A stretch of DNA of 64,000 nucleotides, taken from NCBI GenBank assembly GCA_030704615.1, contig CM060731.1, positions 45,508,001 to 45,572,000 on the forward strand, written 5' to 3'. The notes below the pieces were generated by a model, which made no database searches, was not told the DNA's origin, and was given only the letters and a program-made list of their open reading frames with translations. The translations under genes and the position numbers were made by a program. Below, piece by piece: positions 27,501 to 40,030 of this stretch; the first letter of the stretch is position 1; each line of letters opens with the position of its first letter. This DNA comes from Takakia lepidozioides. Lineage: Eukaryota; Plantae; Bryophyta.

Positions 27501-28699
27501 TGTTGGAAGCTCAAGTCAGCATAGGAACTTGTGTGATAAGTAGGGTTAGGGTGTTTGCTGGAACAGAGAGGCAGAGATACCTGAAGAAGCAGGGATAGAG
27601 AGTGGGTCCAGATTCATCCAAGAGGTCCAGATTTCAAGCACAAGATTACTTATGATTCCCTGTGGATCATTAGCTACAAGAAACCTGCATGGGTAGATGG
27701 TCAACTGGATGCCGCAGCAACAATAGCACAACTGATAAAATCAGGCACTGGTAATCAAAGCACCTTCTTCAACACATTTCACCCTGTTTTTCCCTCTTAT
27801 CAGAATCGGCCCTAAATTTCCATGTTGAATTCTGCAAGTTAGCTGGTTGAGTGAATGTAGTTTGGAGTGACTTTGCCATGATACCGCCACTGTGACAACA
27901 GGAAAGTATCCAAGAACACGTATCAGATATGAGGAGAAGTTGTGGAATGGATACTTTTCTGAACCCAGTCAATGGTGGGACACCGAGGCAAAAAGGTGAA
28001 TGCCTGTTAGATTACAGGAGAGTAGCAGATAGTGTAATAAGCTGAGTTGGGTGTTTCCTAGAACAAATCTAGGCTGTCATTATCAGCTGCAAGACAAGGA
28101 TGTATGCATGATTTGTGTAGAGGCATGGATAGCCGAAAGAGCGGGGATAGAGTGTGGGTCCAGATTCATCCAAGAGGGCTGGACTTCAAGCTCCAGATTA
28201 CCTTGATTCCAGGTGGATTAGTAGCTACAAGAAACCTGCATGGGTAGATGGTCAATTAAAGGCAACAGCTGCAGCGGCACAATTGATAAAATCAGGCACC
28301 TCAACCATGACCACAACTTCTGAAATTAGAGGATCAAGAGAGGGAGTCCACAATGCCTCCTCTGGAACTTCTGGGCATGTGAAGATACTTTGTGCGGTAG
28401 GCAGCCTGACAGAGGCTCTATAGACTCTAAACCAAGGAGGCATGTCAGTAGATTCAGATATGTATGCTCTTGCTTAAGTGCATCAAGATGGAAGGTTTGG
28501 AAGCTGGAAAGTAGGTGCACACTCACATTATCCAAAGAGGATTCACGCCAATTTTTTTGATACTCAACACCCTTGTCAACATGTATGTTAAGTGCCGGAG
28601 CATCAGGGATGCTCACCAAGTGTTCAACATAATGCCTCCACAGTAATTTGCATATTGAGTTTCTGGACTTGTATGATGAAGCCAGGGTGAGGAGGGTGC

Positions 28700-29622
28700 A
28701 GAACATGATTAAAGGGGCTGCACAGATGGACGGAGGCCTTTTAGTGGTGTCCGCACCAGATGGACCTATGCCCAGACTAAAGAGCATATTCTTCTTGCAC
28801 ATCAGGTCAGTTTTGTGTGTAAAAAGAATTCCACCCTACATCTGGCCAAATTATGTTGCTTAAATCTTGTTTGATGTTGAAGTTGATACCTAGCTGCTTC
28901 AGGAGAAGCATGAATCATGTGGGACTACATATCCTATTCAGGCCAGTGTTGTTCCACTTCATTAGTTCAAACATGCTTCAAGTAACATGAAGATTTGGGG
29001 TTTATTGGTGAAGGTTTTACTCAAGTTCGCTCTGTTTTGTGTCTGACTCTTAGCTTGCCGGGGTTTGGGGTGGGCGTGGGCACAAGGTAGGTGGGAGTGC
29101 CATCCTTGGTGTGCTTTCTCAATAAAGTGGATGTTGTTGAAGATGAGGAGTTATTGGAACTTGTTGAGATGGAATTGCGTGGTATAGTAGCTGCAACCCT
29201 TTTCCACCTCAATTGGATACTGTTCAGCATGCCTTTTACCAACACCTTCATATTACAGCTAAAGGAATCCAAATCTAGTCTATATGGCACTTTTATGCAA
29301 TAGATTTTATGCACTCTTCCCAAGTGACCCTCTAGTTGACTGGGGCGGGTCGCTATGATCAGGGCTCACCAGGGATCTTGGTCTAGGGTCTAACCCACCA
29401 ACACAACCATTTATAGAGCATTCTCCTGCATGTAGGTGGGCCTTGAAGTATTAGTACAATGCCCAGCTTGTTTGTGTGGAAGTGGTAGTTTACTTAACAA
29501 TGTCCCGATATACTTAAGATGAAAACCACTCTCTATCTGTCACGGTTGATTGCAGAGTTACTATCATTTTACAAGTTTTCTGGTGACGACATCCCCATAG
29601 TGAGAGGATCTGCCCTATCAGC
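28700..29622 (+). pseudogene. Captured fragment of a nuclear gene for organellar (mitochondrial-type) EF-Tu; three exons, two introns
   Basis: [33 protein letters not shown]|[30 protein letters not shown]|ELLSFYKFSGDDIPIVRGSALSA. Confidence 0.9.
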
Positions 29623-29779
29623 AACATGGGTAGATGGTCACTGGATGCCGCAGCAGCAGCGGCTTAACTGATAAAATCAGGCACTGGTAATCAAGGCACC
29701 TTCTCCAACACATTTCACCCTGTTTTTCCCTCTTATGAGAATCAGCCCTAAATTTCCATGTTGAATTCTGCAAGTTAGC

Positions 29780-30205
29780 CGCCACCACGAACTCTCTTCC
29801 CTCATCATCCACCTATGTGAGCACTGCTCCAATCCCCATCATACTCCAATCCGTGGGTACTTATGCTTTAAGAGTACGACTTACAGGTGGTGCATCGAGC
29901 CGGAATAGTCAACCGGGATGCGGATGGATTGAGTCGCAATCCATGCACAAGTGAGCTTGATGATACAGGAGCTCGTTGGCATGGTAAGACGGACGAGGAG
30001 ATGGTGTCGGGATAGCACGCATCTGCCTTTTTGTGCATTCTAGCAATGGGAGCTCAAGCTAGTCCATTCCATGTGATTGGTCATGGAAATAGTGTGCATG
30101 ACGATCTAGAGACCAGTGAGGAGCTTGGTGGTGCTAAGGATGTGCATGAAGATGCAGCAGAGTTGGCCTACCTTTGTACCGGAGAGACAACATCTAGTGT
30201 GACTG
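29780..30205. mobile_element. Inverted/rearranged RNase H-linker fragment of the same Gypsy family as 36191-46017
   Basis: Minus-strand GAVLT*VDDEGREFVVA is followed by plus-strand EYDLQVVHRAGIVNRDADGLSRNPCTS...GAKDVHED, closely matching the peptides at 38050-38600. Confidence 0.85.
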
Positions 30206-33019
30206 GTCGAGTGAATGTAGTTTGGAGTGACTTTGACATGATATTGCCACTGTGACAACAGGAAAGTATCCAAAAACACGTAACAGAGATGAGGAGAAAC
30301 TATGGAATGAATACTTTTCTAACCCCAGTCAATGGTGGGACACCAAGGCAAAAAGGTGAATGCCTGTTAGATTACAGGAGAGTAGCAGACGCAATTCAGT
30401 ATAGGAACTAGTGTAATAAGCTGAGTTGGGTGTTTCCTAGAATAAATCTAGGCTGTCATTATCAGCTGCAAGACAAGGATATATGCATGATTTGTGCAGA
30501 GGCATGGATAGCTGAAAGAGCAGGGATAGAGTGTGGGTCCAGATTCATCTAAGAGGGCCAGATTTCAAGCTCAAGATTACCTATGATTCCCTATGGATCA
30601 ATAGCTACAAGAAACCTACATGGGTAGATGGTCAACTAAAGGCAGCAGCTGTAGCGGCACAGTTGGTAAACCAGGCACCTCAACCATGACCACAACTTCT
30701 GAAAGAGGATCAAGAGAGGGAGTCCACAATGCCTCTTCTGGCACTTCTGGGCATGTGAAGATGCTTTGTGAGGCAGGCAGATTGACAGAGGCTCTACAGA
30801 CTTTAAACCAAGGAGGCATTTCAGCAGATTCAGGTACGTATGTTTGTCTCTTGCTTAAGTGCATCAAGATGAAATGTCTGGAAGCTGGAAAGTAGGTGCA
30901 CACTCACATTATCTAAAGTAGATTCACACCAAATGTTTTTCTACTTAACACCCTTGTCAACATGCATGTATGTTAAGTGTGGGAGCATCATGGATGCTCA
31001 CCAAGTGTTCAACAGAATGCCTCAACGATCTTTGATCATGTGGAATATAATGTTGGCAGGATTTACCAAGCATGGGTGTGGTAGGAATGCCCTCTGAGCA
31101 GGGGAGCTCTGGAAAAGCGGAAAGAGGTCAATGGCGATCTCGTCAAAGCTGGAATTGTACCAGATGTCATTCTGAACACTGCCCTGGTGGACATGTATGC
31201 GAAATGTGGGTGCATTAAGGATGCGAAGGGAGTTTTCAACAAGTCTATGGCTGAACAAGATGTGGTGTCGTGGAACGCGATGCTTGCAGGGACTTGGTAC
31301 GGAGGCTCTGGAGACCTATGATCAAATGATGGGGGAAGGGGTGAAGCCCAATCACATCACCTTTGTGTGCATTTGCAATGCATGTGCAAGCCTGGCAGCC
31401 CTGGAAAAAGCAAAGAGGTCCATGGTGACATTGTCAGAGCTGGATTGTACCCCATGTCATTCTGAACAATACCCTGGTGGACATGTATGCAAAATGTGGG
31501 TGCATCGAGGATGCAAAGAGAGTGTTCGACAGTATGGCTGAACAAGATATGGGGTCATGGAATGCCATGCTTGCAGGATATGCACAACAGGGGTGCGAGA
31601 TGGAGGCCTTGGAGACCTATGAGCAAATGATGGGGGAAGGGGTGAAGTGTAACCATATCACGTTTGTGTGTTTGCAATGCTTGTGCAAGCTGGCAGCCCT
31701 GGAAAAGGGCAAAGGGATGCATGGTGGCATCATCAAATCTGGAATTGCACCTGTCATTCTGAACATTGCCCTAGTGGACATGTATGCCAAATGTGGGTGC
31801 ATTAAGGATGCAAAGGGAGTGTCCGACAGTATGGCTGAACGACATGTGGTGTTGTGGAGTGTGATGATTGCAGGATATGCACAACAAGGGCGCGGGATGG
31901 AGGCTTTGGAGACCTAGGGGCAAATGACGAGAAGCTGTGGAATGATTACTTTTATGATCCCAGTCAATGGTGGGACTATGTGATGCAATGTAGTTGAAAA
32001 TATGCCACAGTGGTGATTTGTAAATAGAGCTCTTCAATTGTAGGAGTACTAGTGGACTTTGCCCCTGTGTGGGCTTGGGTTTTGGGACTTATAGCCTTTG
32101 AGGCTTGGTTATTTATCCATGTGGCCTTTTAGGCTTCTTGAATGCTCATTGTAGAGCCTTTGTGACATCCATGGGAATATTTTTCCCATTGCTTTTTTGC
32201 TGTATGATCGACATTCTAGAGACAATGTGTGTATTTGTGTGAAATTCTTTCATTCAATTAAATATATTGCTCTGTATATTGAAACATATCTGAATATCAA
32301 AACGATAAATAAAATTTACATGAAATTAATAAATAAAATAGCATTAATAATGGTTTTCGAATAAGGACACGCGTTAGATGACCTACCAGAACCAATACAA
32401 ACCTATAGTGATGGAGTCATATTTGTAGTCATGAAATATGCCACATGCTACCCTCAACGATGTAGTGAGTAGTGATTTAGTCATAAAGTACAGTCGTGTA
32501 GTCATATACATCTGGGGGGTCACACGTGTCATGGAGAGACCTCTCCATGTTGGCACTCATTTGTAGTGACGTAGTCATAAGTGTGGTCATGACACGTGGC
32601 CTTGTAGTCATATAGTTATGACTACAACACTACACCCCACGTCACTCTGAGTCGTTGGCAGGTGCCGCGTCTGCAGTGACGACCATCACTTCGCACTTAT
32701 CACTCCGCAGTGATGGTAGAACTGACTTCGTGTTTGTCACTGCAGAGTGATGTAGTTATAATCGCACTTATCACTGCAAATGTAGTGGTATTTGCAGTCA
32801 TAAAAACGATAATCCGTACTAGTGGAAATACTCCAGTCATGAACCTGTCACATGTCAAAATCACTCCAAAACCACCATAGATCCATCAAGGAGCTAACTT
32901 GCAGAATTCAACATGGAAAATTGAGGGACGACTCTGATGACACAGATCCAGACGTAGGCAGGAAAGAATGGTACCGCCAAATTGGAGTGAAGACGCCGAC
33001 AGTGTTGACGGAGGTATTG

Positions 33020-33580
33020 ACAACACGAAAGTATTTGCCACAAACACACCGCCAGGCTTGAGGACTCTACTTATCTTTGCGACTTGTCCCATGATACAAA
33101 CTTAATGAGCAGATGACTTTGTGGGACTGAGAGTGCACACATAGCAAGATATGTCATATTTGTTGTGAAACAGTGGCCGAAAATAGCAGGGTTGGTCACA
33201 GCAGTATGCATGGTGGTATTCTGTCGATGCCAGCTCTTAGATCAACCCTCTGATAAGCAAACTGTTGTAGCATCCATGAGGATGTGCCATCAGGAAAATG
33301 TCAAACACAGGTTTACAGGGAACATTTAATGAGCACAACATTGATCTCGACATTCTAATCCCATTTGGTGGAGCAATGCAAGCCCTATTCCGTTATTCTG
33401 ACGACCATTGCTGTAACATCCTGCCATGACCAAACCCTCCCCTCCCACTTCTTCCACCTAAAACCAGACAGCAGCCAAATCTCATAAGAGCATTCTCCGT
33501 GAAAATATATAAGACTCACAGTAGTAGTGGGCAGAGGCCAACAATGGATGGCTGCCCCTGCATGCGCACCATAGTCAGAA
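33020..33580 (-). pseudogene. Fragment of a class I SAM methyltransferase gene (plastid Methyltransf_11 type)
   Basis: Exon peptides GAHAGAAIHCWP and ISRVLKPGGVFVANTF. Confidence 0.7.
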
Positions 33581-33739
33581 CCTACTTTCCAAGAACTTGT
33601 TTGCAAGATCCTGGTCAATGTGGACATGATAAGATTCTTGTCAGGATATAGGGCCCAGTCATGATGTCTCACTATTCAAAATTCCACTACCAATAAAAGA
33701 GATCTTAAGGACACCAAATTATGTTATATTTGAGCTAAG

Positions 33740-35385
33740 TGGTCAAACAACCGCAGAGGAGATGAGCTAAGCATGGGGTTGGATAGATTTTATTTATCCT
33801 CAAGCCTGACAACCTGGGCAAGTAAAGGCCCCCAAGATCCAATCTTCCAGGATTTCGACCATGCCTGTGTTCAGATGTCTCTTAATCTGCCAAGTATTCC
33901 CAAGAGGGGGCGTGGCTTATTCAAATTGAATGCCTCCATCCTAAAAAATGCACAGGTTTAGCAGGCCCTCAAAAAAACTTGGCTGGAGTCTGGATCTCTC
34001 ATCCAATGCCCGGTTAAAAAGTTTTTGGCAAAACTCAAAGCGACATCCACAGAATGCAAATCAATCAGCAGGAAGCTGGCTTGCAAACGCAACAAAAAGC
34101 TTCTGGGCAGTTGCAGCTACGGTGGACCAAAAATGTTGTCACAACACTGGCTTTTGGGGACCTTGACTAGTTGTAAATTATCATACTCCTAAATGGCAAG
34201 GCTCATAGTAAAAATGGACTAAGCTATGAAGGCTCAACTACATATATTTCCGTGATATTTTCCATATTCCAAGTCTCATAACCGAAAAAGCAAATGGTTA
34301 GAAATTATGGACTTTTGAAAGGCCGTTATGGATTTTTTTTAAAGCATGATTAATAAAAAATTAGAAAAAGGGACTTGACCAAATGTGCTTTGAGGGATAA
34401 AGAATATAGAATGAAAACATTCGCTCAAAAATATTAAGATAAAATAAACTTTATGTACTATTTTGAGCTTTCAAAATAACTATTTTTGTAAAAGTCCTTT
34501 ACATATAGAATTCTTTGAAATATCAACACTACCTCATTAAATACATAGACCAAGTAGGCCCCCGGGGTGGATCAAGGTCAAATTTGAAAAAAAAAGTGTC
34601 GTGATCTGAAACTATTGCGATTTGAAAATATTGACGGTCAATAATAGACGGTTGAGATCGTAAATTGAAGTGAATCCAATGGTTGAGGATTCGCCATACC
34701 CCCCTTTATGTACTTTTAGGGACTCATGGTGTTTCACATTTTGGTCCACCATAGGCTGCAACAACCGTTCTTGCACTTACAAACTGCCTAGTCACTTGCC
34801 AAAGATCACTCTGACCCTCTAGTTTTCCAGGCATACCTGAAAGCAAGGGCAAACCTAGATATTCACGAGAAGCAGAGAGAAATCAAATTAAAAATCCAAG
34901 CAGGGATCAACTGGTCTACAAAAGGAGAGAAGATGTCATTTATTTATTTTTGACAAAATCCAGATCCGGAGAGCAAGGCAATCAATTCCAGAGCTCAATG
35001 ATTGCCTTGGGAACCCACAATCGAACCCCAAAAAAATCGTTGACATTGCTCATCAGCACTTCTTTGACCTGTTCAAAAAAAGACCGCAGTCTCCAGACAT
35101 TGACAGAGCCATTGCACAATGTGTTTGCTCCTACCCCACCAAGCTGGGTCCTCTAGAGACTGCTTCCTTGGATGGTGGGGGGGGAGTGACTGAGCAGCTC
35201 ACAAAAGCAGAATTGTTAAGAGCTCTAGAATCCATGGACAATCACAAGACCCCTAGGGAAGATGGCTTGCCCGCTGAATTCTACAAAATCATTCGGCAAG
35301 ACATCTCCAAAGACCTTTGCAACATGGCAAATGCCATTAAATCTTCTAAGAACATGCCCAAGGAGATGGCACAAGCAAAAGTAAA
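33740..35385 (+). mobile_element. Continuation of the LINE ORF2 (end of APE to start of RT), degenerate
   Basis: WSNNRRG...LDRFYLS...DH...GLFKLNASIL, then LTKAELLRALESMDNHKTPREDGLPAEFYK (K.PG.DG..EFY motif). Confidence 0.8.
34120..34751. mobile_element. Tc1/mariner-type MITE inserted in the LINE
   Basis: TA|CGGTGGACCAAAAATG ... CATTTTGGTCCACCA|TA; TA TSD and AT-rich interior. Confidence 0.75.
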
Positions 35386-36276
35386 TAAAAATTAAGAAAT
35401 GAAAAAAATGATTAATATCTATATAATTTGAGGCTTTGGAAATGGATGTGTTGAACCTTATGCAAGAAATCTGTTGCACAATGTGGCATCATTAATGAGG
35501 TTGAATCATTTGGAAGTCTGAAAGTCGATCTGAAAAACGGATCTGAAAATTGCCATATGTGGTGAACCCACTTCTTTGTATGAACTGCATTTCAAAGAAG
35601 GGATTTTTAAGTTTGCCTATTATAATTTGGCGACCTTAAAAGAACGGTTTTAGGGTAGGTTATTTTATGACATCCGGGTATGAATGAGTGGATGCCTGTT
35701 ACCACTAGCCTATTTGGAGCAGTTGTAGGTCATAAGTTCGACATCTTTTTGTTCGATAAATTGGCTAAAGTATTTCAACAAATTAATGTCATTTTGTACT
35801 TTTAAAGTCACAAATTGATCATAAATAAAATATATACTTTAAAAGATATAATAAGAGACCTTCAAATATTGCAAATACACACATAGGTGAATCATATGGG
35901 GGGGTCAGCATCCAATAGATGGTTGCGGGGTCAATGCCAGTTAGATGTATATTAGATGTCATCAATTATGGCCAACCCAATTATTAAAAGAAGTTAATTG
36001 GGTTTACAATTTACTTAATGTGACTATAGTCTATACCTAGGGACTTTTGAGTCTTTGGGGGAAGGTTAGGCAATCGCGATGTCTTGGTTATAGACGTTAG
36101 AAGGTGTTTAGCTTTCAAATAGAAGACAGTAGCCCTATCGGATGACCCCATAAGTTATTTTTACTTCGGCAAGTTCTCCTATGAGAGGGGTGTCGTGCGC
36201 ATACGTATCGCTACACAACTACATTGCGGTCCAAACCACACCACACATATATGCATAATAAAGTAGTCTGCCACAA

Positions 36277-36718
36277 TGATATGAAAACTAAACTCACACT
36301 GTCTGTTGACACAAAAATACGAAATACAATACAATCACTCATTAAAATAAGAGTCGAGCCAGGGGCACCCCAAGCTATGGGGACTCCACCCCACAACATC
36401 CTACTCTCCCTCCATAAGTACACTCAGATGCTAAGCAGCGAGGGAGCTCGGTCGTGCAGGCTCAACTCGAGAGAGATGAGCCGCACGACTGACGAGCTCG
36501 TGAAGATAAGATGGTTCAGGTGTCAAGCTAAACTTGACACTTGACTTAACACTTGAACTAATTTCAAGTATTAAATACAAATAACTAGATTTATTCTAGG
36601 TAGTTTCACACTGTGTTTATTTAACTTGACAGCTGTCGTGCGCATACGTATTGCTACACAACTACATCGCTGTCCAAACCACACCACACATATATGCACA
36701 ATAAAGTAGTCTGCCACA
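36277..36718 (-). repeat. Complete 442-bp LTR (A'-GC-B) preceded by a polypurine tract
   Basis: Minus strand reads AGGGGGGCGAT|TGTGGCAG...CATATCA; PPT at ~36719-36731. Confidence 0.85.
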
Positions 36719-36965
36719 ATCGCCCCCCTAGCTGGTGGTTAGGTCCCTCTAACTCCAGATAGCTACAAGAACAGCCGTACTAAGTCCTCTATCACTGTCC
36801 CTATTGTACTAAAACTCTATAGACCAAGAGGCCGGGTACAAGAGTAACCCCATCGTTAGTCGCCGTCTTGCAATCTGTGAACTTGAGCTAGGATCTCGTG
36901 TGTTGGTCTCCTAGTAGCTTGGCCTTGCATTTATTATTAGCCTTCCATGGTTGTATCCACTCCCA

Positions 36966-37110
36966 CTATCCAATGCAATGCGGACATAACCAATCCCCAT
37001 CAGGAACCATCTCAAGAGGTGGAGTCAAGCATCCCATATGCCACCCTCTAGAGCATCGATCACACACCAGCATGGTGGCTACCCCTCTAGCAGACCCACA
37101 CAACATGCAC
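36966..37110 (-). CDS. PHD finger at the C-terminus of the Gypsy polyprotein (not in the ORF track)
   Basis: CMLCGSARGVATMLVCDRCSRGWHMGCLTPPLEMVPDGDWLCPHCIG* has C4-H-C3 spacing and the PHD hallmark L.PPL..VP.G.W.CP.C. Confidence 0.93.
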
Positions 37111-37169
37111 CTCAAACTTGCAGGTATCACTGCTAGGTTTGGGTCAATTCTGATTGAGGACTACTGCAG

Positions 37170-38108
37170 CCTCCCTGCGAATAGATGCAGACAAATCTGG
37201 CTCTCGGCCAAAGAGAAGGAAATAAGGCGAGAACAAGGCAAGTGATGCTTGTTTGCTAAACCTGTAGCCCATGGCTAACCCAGGTAGCTGAAGGTCCCAA
37301 TCTCGACTCCAAGATGTCCCTTCTGCAAGCCATACTTGCGCAAACCCCTCTTAACCATTTGCACAACCCTCTCTGCCAAGCCATCGGCCTCAGGATGATC
37401 CCGAGAAGTGGTGTGGTGGTCTATCAAGGCCTTGTCACACAACGCCTGAAACTCCCCCAAGTACTCTCTCCCTTGATTCGTGAGTACCTCAGCTGGAGCA
37501 CCGAATTGGCTAAGTACACGATCCAAGAATGCATACATAGCTCCCTCACTAGCCTTATCAGGCAATGGAACCAACTCGATCCACTTGGAGAAGTGCTCCA
37601 CCATCACCAACATGTACTTGTTGTGGCGCATGGTCAGTGGCAACGGCCCTGCGAAGTCAAGACTCCACCTGTAGCCCAATCCCATGATCGGAAGAGGGTG
37701 CAATTGTGGTGTAGGGGCGTTGAATGAAGCACGCACCCTGTCACACACCATGCACCTAGCCACAAATTGTTGCACCTCTGTGTGCATACCACGCCACCAA
37801 TACTGCCCCTGTAGTAGACTATGAGTGCGTCGCACCCCAAAATGCCCCAACTCCTCATGGGCATGCCGCACTAACCGTGCCTGCTGTGTTGGATGAGGCA
37901 CAATCCTCACTCGACTATCCTCCCACACTCGGAGCAGGTGTGTCCCTTCCCACTTGATCCTCTTGGCTCGTTGTAGGATCCGATCCCTCTCCTTGGTAGT
38001 CACAGTGGCTGCCGTGTCTCCAGTGAGGAGATAGTCCAACACCACTGAATCCTCATGTATATCTTTGGCACCACCTTGCTCATTGCTGGTCTCAGGGTCC
38101 TCAGACAC
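37170..38108 (-). pseudogene. Gypsy DDE integrase (HHCC plus core), frameshifted, C-terminal part apparently deleted
   Basis: HEELGH...CMVC, WSLDFAGP, VLTNQG (second Asp reads Asn), GLAERVVQ, SPYFLLFGR. Confidence 0.92.
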
Positions 38109-39700
38109 TCAGTCTACAGCCATCCCTGTTGTAGGTCCAACCTGGCCTTCCGCTGCCAAGATACACAAAAATGCAGATGCATGCCATCCGGGCACCATCT
38201 CCTCGCCCGTCTCACCATGCCACCGAGCTCCAGTGTCATCCTGCTGGCTCGTGCATGGATTGCGACTCAACCCATCCGCATCCCGATTGACCAAACCCGG
38301 TCGATGCACAACCTGAAAGTCATACTCTTGAAGTATGAGTGCCCACCGTGCAAACTTCCCCGTAAGCTTGTCTGACTCCATCAACCACTTGAGTGGCTGG
38401 TGATCCGTGACAAGGGTGAAGAGATTGTTGTATAGATAGCACGTGAAGTGTGCCACGGCCCACACTGCAGCTAAGCACTCTCCCTCATATGAGCTATACT
38501 TAGCCTCTTCAGCATTGTTCGAGCGGCTAGCATAAGCCACTACAAACTCTCTTCCCTCATCATCCACCTGTGTGAGCACCGCTCCAAGCCCCAACATGCT
38601 CCAATCTGTATGCAGCTGAAAAGGACGCCCCCTGATAGGTCGTCTCAAGATGGGCGCCGAGGTCAACCTTGCCTTGAGCTCTTGAAAAGCTCGTTCTTGC
38701 TCATCTTCCCACTGCCACTCCTGGTCCACTTTGGTCAGCTTGGTTAGAGCCTTTGCAACGGCACTAAATCCCTTGACAAACCATCTATAATAGTTTGCCA
38801 ACCCTATGAAAGCTCGATCTTGGCTCACATCCATGGGGCGTGGAATCTGTGCAATGGCCTCTACTTTAGTCTGCTGTACCCCCAATCCTCCAGGATATAT
38901 TATGTGACCCAGATACTCAATCTGGTTGTGGAAAAACTTGCACTTCCCCGGATGTAACTTCAATCCGTGCGCCCTCAAGCGCTCAAATACCACCTGAAGG
39001 TGTCTCTCATGCTCCTCCACCGTAGCACTAAAGATGATGATGTCATCTATGTAGCACCGAACAAACTCCACCCCTGCTAGAATCCTGTCCATGACTCTTT
39101 GAAACTCTGCAGGAGCGTTCTTAAGCCCAAATGGTAAGAACCGCCACTGGTATAGGCAATCCTTCCCGTGCTCATTGATCCCCCAGAATGTCGTCTTCTG
39201 CTTATCCGCCTCCTTGATCGGCAAGTGGTGATATCCGGATCGTAAATCCAAAGTGCTAAAGACCTTGGCATGCCCAATGGCATCAAAGATCTCCTCTGGT
39301 GTTGGCATGGCATACATATCGGACTTGGTCTGACGATTTACAAGCCGGTAATCACCGCACATACATCTCTCCGTCCAATTGTCATAGACATCTTTCTTAG
39401 CTGGCATCACTGTGGCTGAAGCATACTCTCCACCAGATAGCTCCACCAAACCAGCCTCCTAGAGGTCCTGAGTCCTCATCTGAATCAAGGACCTCTCCAT
39501 GTCACTGTATCTATAGGGTCTCCGAAAGATTGGCGTGTCAGTGGCCAATTCAATGCGAATCTCTTGACCCTTCAGTGCTCCTAAGTCCTTCAAACTGAAA
39601 GCAAAGCAGTTCTTGTAAGCCCTCAAGAACCGCCATATACGTCGTCTCTCTTCTCCGGTGACTATGGGTCCAACATCAGGCTCCCAGTTGTCCTCCGTGA
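38109..39700 (-). pseudogene. Gypsy reverse transcriptase and RNase H
   Basis: DLRSGYH, LPFGLKNAP, YIDDIII, LHTDWS, YEGECLA, TDHQPL, DADGLSR; in-frame stops nearby. Confidence 0.97.
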
Positions 39701-40030
39701 CTGCAACCTTGAGTCCAGCAGGCTTAGAGGTAGAAGACGCGTCCCATGGTTGCTATGCTGCAACCTCTTGAGCAGTAACCACTGCCTGCTCTGTCAGTGA
39801 CAATGCCTCACCCTGCCCCATCATCTCATCCTTGAGGACCTCCTCAACCCGGCTGTCAACTCCCTCTGAATCCCGAGCACCTCCCACGTGTGCCATGGAT
39901 GTGGCCTGCACCTCGTGGTCCTCACCTGTTCGCCCCCACTCGCTGCATGTACCGTCTCGATAGGCAGAGAGACCATCAAGGGAAGTGTACTCCGTACTCT
40001 GCGCTGCTCAGCCATAGCCAAGCTAATAAT

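Larger units (their letters stand above)
25340..31930 (+). pseudogene. Scrambled PLS-class PPR gene fragments inside the Pack-CACTA
   Basis: Repeated DMYAKCGCIEDAKGVF / VVSWSAMIAGYAQQG / GVKPDxITFV motifs at 25.3-26.1, 27.2-27.4, 28.3-28.6 and 30.7-31.9 kb, with stops and frameshifts. Confidence 0.9.
24753..32824. mobile_element. Non-autonomous Pack-CACTA element (8.07 kb)
   Basis: Left TIR CACTACTACAGATTAACGTTTTTATGACTAC; right TIR reverse complement CACTAGTACGGATTATCGTTTTTATGACTGC. Dense ATGACTAC/GTAGTCAT subterminal repeats at both ends; flanks AAA/GAA (imperfect 3-bp TSD). Confidence 0.85.

Noticed and set aside
28648-29622. Functional EF-Tu gene
   Set aside because: Only three internal exons are present, frameshifted, without the N- or C-terminus, and embedded in a Pack-CACTA.
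25340-31930. Functional PPR/DYW editing-factor gene
   Set aside because: Many stops and frameshifts, interleaved foreign fragments, and no E/DYW domain seen.
36224-36544. Duplicated ORFs at 36224-36544 and 45667-45930 as genes
   Set aside because: They are incidental frames within LTR block B.
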